Shown: positions 45,860-58,984, counted from the first letter of the stretch. The stretch: 64,000 bases of DNA from Schizosaccharomyces osmophilus (GCF_027921745.1 NC_079240.1:2108001-2172000), one strand, 5' to 3'. Notes: generated from the letters alone by a model not told the origin. Numbers and translations: made by a program.

Positions 45860-48445
45860 TCAACGTTGTAAGGCCTCCAGGTCTCCGTCAGTAAAATAAT
45901 CTGTTCTATGCCCGCCACTTGGAACTATAGATGGCGACATAATCAAAGGAGTTATTGATTGCGCAGCTGAACCTAACGCTGCGGATAAAGGTGTAGCTGG
46001 TACCCTCATAATTGGCGACAACGCTGTCATTGCTGCGACCGAAGCAGAATCTGCTCCATGGTTAGAGTGATGCGAAGAAGATGATATTAATATTGTCAAG
46101 TCCTTCGTAGATCTGGTAACAGCGGAAAGACCAGAAATGATATTCTTCTGAAACGTATACTCGCTAGACACTGTTTTAGCTAAATTGGCGACAGCTATAA
46201 TTGATTTCACGAACATCTGTGTATCGTCTAACAGCCTTTGCCATTCATTTTCATCACTCGAACTTTCTTGATATGCTTTGGAGTGACCTTTAAGCTTTCT
46301 TGTAACTTCACTTGCAGAATTTGACAGCATCGCAAGCTCTTTCAATTTAGCAACGGTGTTGGATCCAAGATTTTCATTAGAAACATCCGAAGGTAAAGTG
46401 TTTTTTTCTATGGATTCAACCAGTAGACACAAAACCGATGTAGCACTGCTGGTTGCTAGTTCAATCTGTTCCTGGAGTTGTTTCGCAAAATCGGATTTCA
46501 GTGCCGTGGTCGGCTTTTCTAAATTAAACCGACTACTGGTTGCAGACATGGGAGGATTGTTTCTAGCAGGATTTGTAGGAGACTGCTTGAGAGGGTCTTG
46601 AGCTCCTAAACAAAGCTGCTGATAAGAATTTTGAAGCTCTTTGGTAGCACCAAATAGTACCAACAAAAATAACCTTGTATATCGTAAATCTGAAAAATTT
46701 ACAAATTCGCTGGAAAACTTTTTGGTAACGTCAATCAATTTGCGAAAAGATCCAATACAAGCAAGACAAGTGTGTATAACCGGACTAGCATTATATATCC
46801 CATCATTCATGAAAGTAATCTCTTCGAAACTTCGAATCAATCGTTTGATGTGCGTGTTTGTGGTAAAACTAACATGGCGCATGGTGTCAAGAATTATCGG
46901 GCTATTACAGAAAAGTAGTTGTTGACGAATGCTTTGTTGAACTTGGGACAGGGCAAAAAGAATGCCACGACAAGATTCCAAAACTTTTTCTGAATAGGAT
47001 GGTCGAGTAATAGGTTCTCGAGCAAGAGCCCTTGTGCTAAAATAGGCATTCACATTTTCGGTGCCCTCCTGAAATTCTTCTTTCTTGAGACGATTTACTC
47101 CTGGCAAATGTGAATCATGGGATAAGTTTCTAGTAAGTGGATGGTCAGTCATATTTCGATGTTCTTTCAATCCCTCGACTCTATGCAATACTGAAGAAGG
47201 CATTCTAGCATTGTACAGTTCATCATTAATACTATTACTGCGAATGCGTTCTGTTGTTTTTCTCTCCGGAGAGCTAGTCGGTGTTGATTGACCAAGTGGG
47301 GCTGACTGGTGAGGAATGCTTTTCAGGGTAGGAGTAGAGCTACCAAACTCATTAGGGGATTCAATAGTAGGGGTTTTTTGTCCAGATCCATCTGTGAAAT
47401 TAGAATTATGAGGGGAATGTGGGATATGGTCATTTAGCATAGGAACCGGTTTACTGAGGGACGACGAACTTAGTCCTGTTGCAAGAGAAACAGAGCGTTT
47501 GGGCCGAGCTTGTATTTTGCTTCCTTCTAGCCTGTTATTTAAAAATGGTGACATGGGTGACACGTTCTGTTCATTTCCAATAGTAGAAAGAAGTTCATTG
47601 TTGCTAGAATAGATAGATTGAGGTACGTACTGATCTTTAGGACTAAGCCTAGAATTGGAAATTGCTTTTGGAAAATTGTTGGAAGAATTGAAAAAAGATT
47701 CAGAAGTCAAATAATGAGACGAATGGGATGAATGGCGAGGGTCAGCGGTAACAGTAGTCAATGAACGAGTCATAGGGGCAGAAGATGGTACGGGGATATC
47801 CGTATCATCAGCATAGTAATGATTAGAAACTAAATTGGGGGAAGATTTGTTGTATGGATGACTTCGTAATAAAGATTCATTTCTAAGGAGGTAACCTTTT
47901 ATATTTGCAATAAACATGGGCATGTCATGTTCCTGAAGCTCATTGTTAACGATGTGTGGAGGAGGATAGATGATATGGTTACTTTCCAGTTTCAAGATTT
48001 CCAAATTTGGCATATAAGAAAAATACGAGGGTAATTCTATCAACCGATTTTTAGAAATTGATAGCACTCTTATATTCATCAGATGGCCAAATGATTGAGG
48101 GAGCTCTCGAATTTTGTTTCTAGATATATCCAGGATTTCGAGAGATTCAAGTCGGCAAAGCACCTCTGGAAATTCACGAAACGCATTCGATCGTATATTT
48201 AAGTAACGTAACCTTGTGAAGTTGAGTATCTCTGGACCGATGGTTCGCAGTAAATTGTGGCCTAGTGCAAGACGAGAAATCCGATTTTGTATCCTTTCTA
48301 ACTGTGCATACGGCACTTCTCGTAGATTTAGATGTGACAAATCCAAAGTCAAAGCATTTTCAGGGCCTGCTTCTTCAGCTTCCAGTATGATTTTATCTAT
48401 CTCCACATTGACCATTGAAAAAGATCTTTCGTTTTGGCTGGACAT
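45860..48445 (-). CDS. sog2: Leucine-rich-repeat MOR/RAM network protein Sog2 (Lrp1)
   Basis: N-terminal LRRs (LRYLNIRSN, LEILDISRNKI), RIRSNS motif, C-terminal VPATPLSAALG. Confidence 0.92.
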   Translation of the reverse strand: MSSQNERSFSMVNVEIDKIILEAEEAGPENALTLDLSHLNLREVPYAQLERIQNRISRLALGHNLLRTIGPEILNFTRLRYLNIRSNAFREFPEVLCRLESLEILDISRNKIRELPQSFGHLMNIRVLSISKNRLIELPSYFSYMPNLEILKLESNHIIYPPPHIVNNELQEHDMPMFIANIKGYLLRNESLLRSHPYNKSSPNLVSNHYYADDTDIPVPSSAPMTRSLTTVTADPRHSSHSSHYLTSESFFNSSNNFPKAISNSRLSPKDQYVPQSIYSSNNELLSTIGNEQNVSPMSPFLNNRLEGSKIQARPKRSVSLATGLSSSSLSKPVPMLNDHIPHSPHNSNFTDGSGQKTPTIESPNEFGSSTPTLKSIPHQSAPLGQSTPTSSPERKTTERIRSNSINDELYNARMPSSVLHRVEGLKEHRNMTDHPLTRNLSHDSHLPGVNRLKKEEFQEGTENVNAYFSTRALAREPITRPSYSEKVLESCRGILFALSQVQQSIRQQLLFCNSPIILDTMRHVSFTTNTHIKRLIRSFEEITFMNDGIYNASPVIHTCLACIGSFRKLIDVTKKFSSEFVNFSDLRYTRLFLLVLFGATKELQNSYQQLCLGAQDPLKQSPTNPARNNPPMSATSSRFNLEKPTTALKSDFAKQLQEQIELATSSATSVLCLLVESIEKNTLPSDVSNENLGSNTVAKLKELAMLSNSASEVTRKLKGHSKAYQESSSDENEWQRLLDDTQMFVKSIIAVANLAKTVSSEYTFQKNIISGLSAVTRSTKDLTILISSSSHHSNHGADSASVAAMTALSPIMRVPATPLSAALGSAAQSITPLIMSPSIVPSGGHRTDYFTDGDLEALQR

Positions 48446-49546
48446 TCCAAACGAGCCACTATATAAAAGCTAAAATTACCCTTCTCAGGTAACTGTTTAA
48501 TCAACAACAGTGTTGCAGAGCAAAAATAGAGCGAGCAATTGCACTTTGAACAAGAAAGAAGATGTCAAAGATCACAACATCGAATGAACCCCGAAAAGGA
48601 AGGATACCGACAGATCCGACTGAAAAAAACACAACATACACACGCAAAAATAAACTGTTTAAATAGGAAACCCTTCCTTTTTAATCCTTGGCATGAATAC
48701 AGAGAGTAAGGTGAATAGCAGAAAGCAGCAGGTTTAGGGAGTTGGAACGTTTTGTTTAAAGCAATTCTATATTGTACTATTCCAGAAACACTCCGAGCGT
48801 ATATTATTACAAGGAGGGTATAAATAAAAATTGTTACTTGAACCGACATTACATCGTATGGAAATAAAAAATTTTTAATGAAGACTAGAAAATGAAAGGA
48901 AATGGATTCGAGGATGTTTGTATTAAGGTTCCCCCATTTCAATAAATGTTTGCCAACTTTTTTTTTCGCGAACAGCAAGTCTAAGGATCCATATTAGTCA
49001 AGCAAGATAAATGCTGATGATGACACATTGCATCGGCCTATTACGGTTTTCTTTCTTTCTAAACAAGTGAGAAGCAGAAAAAAGCGCACTAGAAAGCCAT
49101 TTCACTACTTTGAGTTCGATTCTCCATTCTATTATGCTTTTAGATCGCTTTTCTTGTTGCAGCGAAAAAAATTCTTCATCCAAATTATGATACAATGCAA
49201 ACAAGGGTGTAATATTCTTCAGATGTTACTTTGTTTCGGAAAACATGCCAAAACACAAGTAATTTCGTTTTCTATTTTACTTTTTTATTGCTTCTTTCTG
49301 GAAAAAAAGACCAATTTCAAAGATAAAGTTCATTCTTCAATGATTTTATCATCATTCGTAGTACTTATTATAACTTTATATAAGCCTAAAGAGGGATGAT
49401 GGCAAGAAGGAACAACCCGTTTTCAACGACAGTTCGTTCATCTTCTTATATTATAAACCCGATTATCGCTTGGTCTTTCTGGATTAAACAGAGCAATAGT
49501 TCTTTCTATTGTTTAGTGGGTGTTTGTTGTGCTTGAAAACGTAGAA

Positions 49547-50416
49547 ATGGAGCAAACGGAAGGCGCGCCATCAAATACGACGATTCAAGAACAGCGCCAA
49601 GAAATTGAGCGATTGAAACAGTTGACTGGTGCCGAAGAGGTCAAGGTTGAAGGCTCATTAGCAAATAAACGAAAGCGTGGTCAGCTCGACAACTCTGAAA
49701 TTACCAAAGACTATATTGAATATGATTTTTCCAAAATAGAAGACACCAAGGGTGGTTACCTAGTGGAAGAAAACAGACAAGCAACTGACCTTCGTGAAAA
49801 GCCAGCGGAGCGAGAACTTCGTGAACAACAAGAGCGGCAGAAAGCCCTACGCAAAGAACCTTTGAATTTGGATCCGGAAACAGCGCCCAAATGTGAAGAC
49901 TGTGGATCCATTGAGCTCGATTTGCGATACTTGGACGTATTCAAGTGTAAAGTGTGCCATACTTGTCGTGAAAAGATACCAGACAAGTATTCCTTGCTTA
50001 CGAAAACTGAGTGTAAACAAGATTACTTACTGACGGATCCGGAATTAAGAGATGCAGAAGTGTTACCACATCTGTTAAAGGCAAATCCACACCAACAAGG
50101 ATGGTCGAACATGATGCTTTATCTTCGTTTTCAGGTGGAGAAATTTGCTATAAATAAATGGGGGTCTTTAGAAGAGTTGGATCGAGAGTTTGAGCGAAGA
50201 GAAGTTCAAAAACAAGAACAAAAGGAAAAAAAGTTTGAAAAGCAATTACTCGAGCTACGAAAGAAAACAAAGACCAGCAACTATAGTAGAATGAGCATAC
50301 GTGAAAAGAAAAAGCATAAACATTCATACGACGAAGCCTTTGAAAGACCCGATCAGCCAGGGATTATTGTTCAGCGATGTGAATGCGGCCTTGAAATAGA
50401 ACAGCTGGAAATTTGA
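49547..50416 (+). CDS. rhp14: XPA/Rad14 nucleotide excision repair protein
   Basis: YIEYDFSKIEDTKGGY, C4 zinc finger, YSLLTKTECKQDYLL, NPH..MMLYLR. Confidence 0.95.
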   Translation: MEQTEGAPSNTTIQEQRQEIERLKQLTGAEEVKVEGSLANKRKRGQLDNSEITKDYIEYDFSKIEDTKGGYLVEENRQATDLREKPAERELREQQERQKALRKEPLNLDPETAPKCEDCGSIELDLRYLDVFKCKVCHTCREKIPDKYSLLTKTECKQDYLLTDPELRDAEVLPHLLKANPHQQGWSNMMLYLRFQVEKFAINKWGSLEELDREFERREVQKQEQKEKKFEKQLLELRKKTKTSNYSRMSIREKKKHKHSYDEAFERPDQPGIIVQRCECGLEIEQLEI

Positions 50417-51320
50417 TTGAATGTTCCTTTACAATGATAATAGCAATTAAGAAAATCGGAAACGGTTATGGCAGGAATGGAATTGGAGAACAATCATTTA
50501 TTTATTTTTTGGATGAAATTGCTTATAATGAATTAGACCCTGATAATACCAAGATAGATGTTTCAATTGGCATGAGAAATTCGATCCTACTGATCAGTCA
50601 CGTTGGATCTCGTCAAAAACTGAAGGGACTGCTTACCTCATGGATTTGTAATTTGCATATTTTCCAAGATGGGCTTGGATACTAATAACCTACCAAGTAA
50701 TAGTGTCAAGATGGAAAGACGACGAGTAGTCAAATAGTCATAGCAAGATAAAGAAAGCGTTTTCCCAAGATTATGTTTAAAAAATTATTTATTTTCATGT
50801 ATGAGTTCAAAGCCAGGTTTACAACTTCATTCACAGTTTGAATGCGCGTTAATGAACCCATACCAGTCATTCTTGACCAAACCTGGCATTTTGTTCTTTC
50901 ACATGTAAGCTAAAGGATGATCCATCGATGCTCTCATGTCTATTGCAAATAGAGAGATGGAGTCTAAATCAACTGCATCCGGAAAACCTCACTAACCTTT
51001 GAACTTCTCGTTTCTCTCACGGGAAGATGTCACATACCTATCTTGTTTCTCTTAGTAATTTATATTTGAAAAATTTTTTTATTCTCTTTCATTTTTCTTC
51101 GTCTCCTTTGTAGACGAACATTTCTTTTTCCTCTTATATGCCAAAGAATACAATTCACTTCGTCACCTAAACATACAATCCTTGACAGACAAGTTGTCCG
51201 CATCGAGAGAAAACGACAGCAGCTTAGTTGACTCAGGAATTGGGTCAGGAAATTTCACGAATCTTTTCTCCTGTAAATAACTAGATGTGTTTTTAGAATC
51301 TATGAAAAGTGCTGAACATC

Positions 51321-51342
51321 ACGCGTAAGAATCCAAACGCGT
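51321..51342 (+). promoter_or_regulatory. Paired MCB elements (ACGCGT-N10-ACGCGT) upstream of wpl1
   Basis: Exact hexamers at 51321-51326 and 51337-51342, about 70 bp before ATG. Confidence 0.65.
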
Positions 51343-51413
51343 TGACGCTAAAAAGCAACTTCAATTGACTCATATTCTACTTAATATTGTAAATAATTTA
51401 AGAACTATCCAAT

Positions 51414-53298
51414 ATGGGAAAGAGGAAATCAAGTACCAATGCTCAAGATGGATTACAAAGAAGTTATTCGGAATCCAAAGTTTGGGACTTTTTAGACGCA
51501 ACCGTGGATCGACATTTTAAAGAACAACGGCCATCAATGGATGCTAAAGTTACTAAACAATTGCACAAAAGAAAGAAAGAAAATGGAGGATTTTCTCGCA
51601 GAAATGACAATCCAGAAACCAAATATATCTCCGGACCAGATTTACAAAAGGCAGCACAGGTCTCACAGTACCCTAAATCATCAAATGGACCAAATAGATC
51701 CCACAGCCTGACTACTGGAATGGATTCTGGCAGTTCTACTATGAGTGTTACTTATCGAGAGCAACGTTCGTATGTCGCCGAAACCAATAATACGGGAGAT
51801 GAAAATGGTATACTCTCAGTAGAATACCATAGCGAGGCTACGGATGTAGACGAATCTGAGGATGAAAACACTCAAATGAAAAGCATCCATGAGCTTCGGT
51901 TCGCAGGTGAAAAACAAAGAAATATGGATGAAATAGAATACCTGATAGATGGGATATCTTCGAAAACCAACTCTGCAAACTCAAGATACAATAGTTTTTT
52001 GGAAATATGTGAAAAAATATACGAACGTATGTTCCGAATTTGTTTGAAATCGTCGCAGGATTTCCAGCAGCGCATTTTTTCGGAAGTTTTACCAGAAGAC
52101 AAGCTACAGATAATTTTACAGACATATATCTTTTCCTCCATGGCAGACGAAAATGACTTTTCCCAGTCTCTCTTGGAAAACTGCTCTGACGGCATTTACG
52201 AACTATTCTATTCAGCCATAACTGAACGCGATCAACGACCAATACAATCTTTAATTGGAGCTTACTCCAAAACCATTCAATCATCATTTTGGGAACTATT
52301 CAACCATCCATCTCCACTGACAAAAGAATACAGTAATGAGACTTTATTGTCCTATAATTTACTATCATTGGCCGGTATTGCATTGATGAAAGCTTATGAT
52401 GGTCCTTTAGGCAGTCATGATCTCTTTTTCAAATTAATGAAGCTAGAAGTGGAACATGCCGTACCGTTTCTCTTGAAAAATGGAGCCCAGCAAACGTTTC
52501 TTCTATTTTCTCTCACGAGTACTCTTGATAAAGTGGAGACTTGTACCTGGGACGATGATGTTTTAAATAAAATTTATGATCTGTTGTCCTTTCTTCTAAA
52601 ATCTATACTCAAGGACAATGAGAAATTGAAAAGTATGGAATCAGGTGATTCAATTTGTTTTCTAATGATTGCTTCCTGCGAAAAACTGCTTCGGACCTTG
52701 ATCCGTTCTGTCAATTCAGACAGTCCTTCAGTTTCCACATTTTGTAATTCTGGGCTTCCAAAACAACTCTTTGAGGTATTGAATAACCAAGCATTCGTTA
52801 AGAACAAGTCCAATGTGGAACTTCTTATGATGAGTTTAGGCCTTCTGCTAGAAATCAGTGAAGAATCTGAAGCGTTTGTCAGGAGTCTTCCAAATATCCA
52901 AGGTAATACACATTAATGAGTACTTCATTTATTAACTTTCAAATTAGTGAGTACATCTCAAACTATGTTAGACGTCTTGCTTCAGTTTTATAAAGATCAG
53001 GTAAGCTAACAGTTGGCGAATGCTAAATGACCATGAATTCTAATTTTATTTCTTACAGAAATCAAAAGTTGAATTAAGTGGTTATGCTGCTATGCTTTTA
53101 ATTCATTGTATCGTTGCTGATTCACGGGCATTCGAACAAATCTTACCCATGGCACCTCAGCTAAAAACGACTCTTATTGAATTTAAGAGGTTCCATATAA
53201 GTTTGAAAGAAGAATTAATGTTATTTGGTACACAAGGTCTTGCTATAGTTTCTATAGTTGATGATACGTTAGACTCCCTCGAGAAGACCTTAACGTAA
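51414..53298 (+). CDS. wpl1: Cohesin release factor Wapl (3 exons)
   Basis: VTYREQRSY and MKSIHELRFAGE..DEIEYLIDG WAPL motifs; last exon ends at 53298. Confidence 0.88.
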
Positions 53299-53431
53299 CA
53301 GACGTCTAGGATCTCAGACCTAACTTTTACGTGTTTCGCCTTGAGTTTATTCAATTTTGCGCACAACACATATATTTCAGTTTTATTTCTCGAATTTTTT
53401 ATATAATTTCCGATTATCTTTCTGAATTACT

Positions 53432-54104
53432 ATGGCTCCTGTGAAATCAAGAAGAATCGCTGTTCTGGGAAGTCGTTCAGTTGGAAAATCAAGGTAAGTT
53501 ATTGTGATCGATATCTACGTATTTAATTAATGTTAACAAAAAAAAAAAAGCCTTACTGTTCAGTACGTCGAGAACCATTTTGTTGAATCGTACTATCCCA
53601 CTATTGAAAATACGTTCAGCAAAAATATCAAGTACAAGGGCCAAGAATTTGCTACCGAAATAATTGACACCGCTGGACAAGATGAATATAGCATCTTGAA
53701 CTCAAAGCACTCGATTGGAATTCACGGTTATGTCCTTGTCTATAGCATAACTAGCAAGTCTTCCTTTGAAATGGTCAAAATTGTCCGCGACAAAATTCTC
53801 AATCACACGGTATGTTTTCACCATGTTAATTTAATAATTTCAAATAGCTAATTACATTATGAACTAGGGCACAGAATGGGTTCCTATTGTGGTTGTCGGT
53901 AACAAAAGCGATTTGCACATGCAGCGTACTGTTTCCGCTGAAGAAGGCAAGCAATTAGCCAGCGAATGGAAATGTGCTTGGACGGAAGCCTCTGCTCGTC
54001 ATAATGAAAATGTTGCTCGTGCTTTTGAGCTGATAATTAGCGAAATTGAAAAGCAAGCCAACCCCTCTCCACCTGGCGATGGAAAGGGCTGTGTTATTGC
54101 TTAA
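53432..54104 (+). CDS. rhb1: Rheb GTPase (3 exons)
   Basis: GSRSVGKS, YYPTIEN, DTAGQDE, NKSDL, CAAX motif CVIA. Confidence 0.97.
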
Positions 54105-54311
54105 AGTTGAACGCAGTTTCTCTTTGATAACGATTCTATACTTAATACCACTAGCATGTTAGTTAACTTTGATGGTACCTATTACTGTCTTAAATTTCAT
54201 TTTTACATATTTTTCCCCTTCCTATCCGTCATATCCATTCTAGAATAGATATTAGAAAAGGAATAGTAAAAGTCGTTCATTTCATTCCTTTTCTCTAGAC
54301 ATGACGGTACC

Positions 54312-55538
54312 CTAAGAATCCTTTCGCAGTCTAAAACTCAAAATATCATTTTTTCCAGCAATAATAGGATCCGATTCTCCCACATTTCCATTGATCCCAA
54401 TTATAGACATGGCCTCGCCTCCCAAAACTATTTGGGCTACTTGCCCAGCTGTAGTTCCTTGCCTTACCAAAACACAATCCTTAAAGATACCATCATTAGG
54501 ATTATTAGCAAAGTTATGAATATTCTTAACAGAATATACTGGGATCAATTCCAGCAATTCAATGGCTCTGGCCAATACGTTACAGACGCCAGTTGATCCA
54601 TGTCGAAACAGGACCATGTCTTGAATGTCTGTGATTTTTGTGCGAAGACTCTCGCTTAAGGGTTTCAACTCGGAATCAGGAAACTCATCTATCGTATCGA
54701 CAAACTCTGAGCCCTCTTCGTACTTTACAAACCCTTGTTTTGCAAGTCTTCTTAAAAACACCTCAGAAACGGCAGAGGCCAAAACGAGTCGCTTTGGATC
54801 TTCTCGTCTTGCGATTTTCGAAATGTTAGCATCGGCGTCAGGATGATCAATCTTGTTTAAAGCAATTACAGTCGGAAATTTGATGTCAACAAAGCGACTG
54901 ACAATACGATCTAAAGTTGCTTCGTCCCAACTTTCTAAAGGAACATTTAAATGTAGAGAATCCAATACTCTGGCTGTAGTTGCCGGGTTGCTTCCGTAAC
55001 CCGAAAACTGATTTTGCAAGGTATGAACCGGATTGGCTTTTGAGGCTATATGACGACGACGAGTATTTGGCCATTTTTCCTTGAGGTTCGTGCCAATCCA
55101 AGCAGTCATTTCGTTGTACAACCATTCTATGTCTACAGAAGGATCATACCCGCGACAAGCCTTACCTTCTGAATCAGTTGTTCCTGATACATCCACGACA
55201 TGTACCAATGCATTTGCATGTCTTAAATCATCCAAAAACTTATTTCCCAATCCTTTTCCGGTGTGTGCTCCAGGAATCAATCCAGCGACATCCAGCAGCT
55301 GAATGGGAATTGCACGTTTTCCCTTTTTACAGCCTCCATAAATAGGTCTACATTGGCCTTCTAATCCAAAACGAGAGCAAGCACAGTCTACTTGAGCATA
55401 TCCAATGGCCCGGTTTGGCTCTATAGTTGTGAAAGGGAAGTTTCCTGTTTTTGCAGTGGCATCAGTCAATGCATTTAACATTGTTGATTTACCACTCGAC
55501 GGTTTACCGACAAAACCAATTAAGATATCTCTTCCCAT
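54312..55538 (-). CDS. Obg/YchF-like GTP-binding protein (YGR210C-like)
   Basis: GKPSSGKST, FPFTTIEPN, DVAGL, NKID motifs. Confidence 0.92.
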   Translation of the reverse strand: MGRDILIGFVGKPSSGKSTMLNALTDATAKTGNFPFTTIEPNRAIGYAQVDCACSRFGLEGQCRPIYGGCKKGKRAIPIQLLDVAGLIPGAHTGKGLGNKFLDDLRHANALVHVVDVSGTTDSEGKACRGYDPSVDIEWLYNEMTAWIGTNLKEKWPNTRRRHIASKANPVHTLQNQFSGYGSNPATTARVLDSLHLNVPLESWDEATLDRIVSRFVDIKFPTVIALNKIDHPDADANISKIARREDPKRLVLASAVSEVFLRRLAKQGFVKYEEGSEFVDTIDEFPDSELKPLSESLRTKITDIQDMVLFRHGSTGVCNVLARAIELLELIPVYSVKNIHNFANNPNDGIFKDCVLVRQGTTAGQVAQIVLGGEAMSIIGINGNVGESDPIIAGKNDILSFRLRKDS

Positions 55539-55996
55539 TTTTAAAAAAAGAGTCAGAAAAATATATTCTTACTATTTTTTGAGTTTTCTGAGAATTTATG
55601 GCCCTTGCTCGATTTTCACCCTTAATGCAGTAGTAAAAAGAATATACTCATAGGCCAACTAAAGCACAATATAGTAATATATAATTTGAGCACTTCGAAG
55701 ATTTAAATTATTCTTATTGAAAAAGAAACAATATAATACGTAAAAATTAAATATCGCGAATAACCGCTTCATTTCTATTTCTTGAAAAGACCAAAGGAGA
55801 TCTGATCTTTGTTTTAGCAAGGCTACTAAACCAAAACATGACAAAAGTAAAAACAAATAGTGGGCCATCAAACGCAAATAGAAATTGATAAGATGAGCAG
55901 GTTACGCTTTAAGAAATCCGATCGCCTACTATGTATTTAAATAATAGTAGACGCTACCAAATGCCCATGGTAAATTCAGTCTATAACAATGGTGAT

Positions 55997-57043
55997 CTAA
56001 AGAAAAAGAGAAATGAGAAAGAATACGGCAAAACACGTGAACAGGACCGAGAAAAGATACAGAATTTCAAGACGTGATTTGAGGCGAACAGTAGTATTCA
56101 ACCGCCTAGGGCCAGGAAAGCTTCCTGTTTTTTGAAAATCTTCTATGAGTTGATCTTTTTCATACCAGCGTTGGTATAGCCATTTTGTAAAAAGTTTCTC
56201 CTCCAAAGGGATGTCTGAAATACGGAATCTACGAACATGGACATGCATGCGACGAAGGCGAACACCTTCAAAGAATAACTGCTGAAGAGAAAATGCCTCT
56301 GCAGCATATTTCTTAGGATAATGATCAGAAAAAGCGAATGTAAAATCATATAAGTAATTCATGGAATCTCGTAATTGGGTGATACTGTAAAATAAGCCCC
56401 GAACACGTGGAAGCATTAGATTTTTGGGCATGGCAACACCTGCCTTGTCAGCATAAAGCTTGCTACGTTCATACGTGTTTTGAACAAGGTTGGTTCCCTC
56501 AGGAAACATTAATAAGCTGGCGGGCTCGGGAACTTTATTAATAAACCTGAATTCGCGCTCCATTGTAGCAGCATCCTTATTCCATTTTCTCGAAAGGAAA
56601 ACGAATCGGTACAACTGCATACCCCAACCTAGAATAGGGACCCATTTTAAAGAATCTTTCAAGACGATATAGATAAAGCCATGCTGTTTTGCAGTGTACG
56701 CTAACCACCAGATGTACATCCAATCTGTATAAAGTTGATGGTTCGCCATTACTATATTGCGTTCCGATGCGATTGTTTCTAAGCAACTATTTCGATCGAG
56801 ATAGAAAAGGTTTCGCAGCTCAGGGTCATATGTTAAGGTCACAGGAGTAGGGCTAAAAGATTGAACGAGGAATACAAACAGGATACCTGCGAAAGTTTTC
56901 GTGAAAGATATATACTTGTTGTATAATTTTTTGCTGATTAAAATGAAGGGTGTTCCAAGCACCTCTGAAATACAAATGCTGACTGTACCAACAGTCAAGC
57001 AGAAGATAAACAGGTACTTTCTGAAAAGGGTTTTTAATGTCAT
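55997..57043 (-). CDS. Lysophospholipid acyltransferase (Cst26-like)
   Basis: NHQLYTDW and FPEGT PlsC motifs; terminal TM segments. Confidence 0.9.
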   Translation of the reverse strand: MTLKTLFRKYLFIFCLTVGTVSICISEVLGTPFILISKKLYNKYISFTKTFAGILFVFLVQSFSPTPVTLTYDPELRNLFYLDRNSCLETIASERNIVMANHQLYTDWMYIWWLAYTAKQHGFIYIVLKDSLKWVPILGWGMQLYRFVFLSRKWNKDAATMEREFRFINKVPEPASLLMFPEGTNLVQNTYERSKLYADKAGVAMPKNLMLPRVRGLFYSITQLRDSMNYLYDFTFAFSDHYPKKYAAEAFSLQQLFFEGVRLRRMHVHVRRFRISDIPLEEKLFTKWLYQRWYEKDQLIEDFQKTGSFPGPRRLNTTVRLKSRLEILYLFSVLFTCFAVFFLISLFL

Positions 57044-57848
57044 GTGGGATGTGAGTCGAATTGCAAATTATCGATCTATGCAGTATCAGTGGAATATAAC
57101 AAAATTAAACGGTCTGCTCCTTTTTCTGTTATGTTAAGAAAGAACAACGAAGAGCCCTGTCAAAATAAATCTTTCTTATTTAGTAGACTGCAGCAGCCAC
57201 AAATACCAATAGTTTTTCTTTTTTATATATTGTGAACGTAATAACTTACTGTAGAGCTTGAAGAAACCAAACTTGACAGCCTTTAGCACCAATTCTTTTA
57301 AAAAAAAATTGGTGTTAACAAACTTATTTGTAAAGAACGACTCTCGGTGGAGGATATGCCAAAGGAAGTGGGAAAACGCGAAGTTTCGAGTAGAAACCTA
57401 AGAAGCCACTGCAAGTGATAAATTAATGCTTCTGGGTAAACTTAGCTATAAGAAAAAGATAAAAGAACTCAAATTTTTTTACTATGGCTCCTAAATCATT
57501 CAATTTCACCAGGTTTTGGATAAATTTAGCTGGCTGATGGTTGGGATAAGCAGACGGTAAGGTGATTATACGAGAACGCATAGAAGATTTTAACTTCCCT
57601 CCGGATGAGGTTTAGAGCCTTGTTGTTAATTGAAATTATACTTAGCTCAAGTTTTTTATATACCAACTTAAATTAGCGGCGTGTTTTCCACAGGAAATTG
57701 TAGAATTCTTTTGTTTACATGACAGACACTACAGATTCCTCTTATGCGCTCTTATATGCCGCGAATCCTTATTATATTATCGTATAGAGTTACATATAAG
57801 TAGAGTGAAGAACCACATCTTTACAAAACATCAAGTGGATTCAGTATC

Positions 57849-58604
57849 ATGTTTGGTTTTAATAATAACACGGCAGCAAAAACGTTTCGTATTCGCAAGC
57901 CAGAGACTGGCACAAAACATTACCAGCTGCGCCAGTATGCGGAAGCGACTTTGGGATCAGGATCCCTAATGGAAGCAGTGAAGCTGCCAAAAGGAGAAGA
58001 CGTGAATGAATGGATTGCCATGAACAGTAAGTTAACATAAGCTGTTGGGAAACGTACAGTGATGTTCGATACCATGATGGGGAGTGACTGGGCTAACTAT
58101 TCAGCGATGGACTTCTATACCCAAATAAATATGCTTTATGGAACAATTACCGAGTTTTGTACAGAGAAAACGTGTCCCCAAATGAACGCAGGACCCAATT
58201 TTGAGTACTACTGGCAAGATGAGAAGGTATACGTGAAACCAACGAAAATGAATGCCCCGGATTATATTAATACACTCTTGGAATGGGCACAAGAAAAGCT
58301 AGATAATAAGCGATTGTTTCCAACGGAAATCGGTGTTGAATTTCCACGCGAGTTTAAAAAAATCGTCCAGCAAGTCTTTCGACGACTTTTCCGAATCTAC
58401 GCACATATTTATTGCTCTCATTTTCATGTTATGGTCGCTCTAGAATTGGAAAGCTATTTAAATACTTCATTTAAGCATTTTGTGTTTTTCTGCAAAGAAT
58501 TCAAGTATGGATTGCTTTTGCTTCCTCATTCACTAACTGATTTTAGCCTTTTGGATGGCAAGGAATATGCCCCAATGGAAGATCTAGTAGAAAGCATGGT
58601 TTAG
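57849..58604 (+). CDS. mob1: Sid2 kinase activator Mob1 (3 exons)
   Basis: EATLGSGSLMEAVKLPKGEDVNEWIA and RLFRIYAHIY motifs. Confidence 0.96.
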
Positions 58605-58984
58605 ATGCATTCGTTCATAAAGAGCGTTTCTTACTTTTGACGAGCGAACCTCTAAACTTTTTTACTCATCACCTCTTGTTCATCAAGCGTTCCATATGCC
58701 TTACCGCTCGTCAATTTTTATTTTCATGAATTTCATGAGCCCGGATCTGATATTATGACACTAAAAACTCAAATTGTCTTCCTCTGGCATCTTTTTCAAT
58801 CGTTTCATACATACATGCTCTTTGTTGACTAACGCACTTTTTTGCCCCTCGGTATTTTCTTAACCAGCTGGCATTACGAACATATACAATTCAGTATGTC
58901 TTATTTCTTCGTGTAAAAAAGCCTTCTTGTTCTGCGTATAAACTATCGCTATATTGTTTCTTTTCAAAGTATTGATAAAGAAAC

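Noticed and set aside
48565..49399. Hydrophobic ORFs upstream of sog2
   Set aside because: F/L/K-rich frames typical of AT-rich promoter or UTR sequence.
50413..50685. 90-aa ORF overlapping the rhp14 stop
   Set aside because: Non-ATG start, probably 3' UTR, no recognisable motif.
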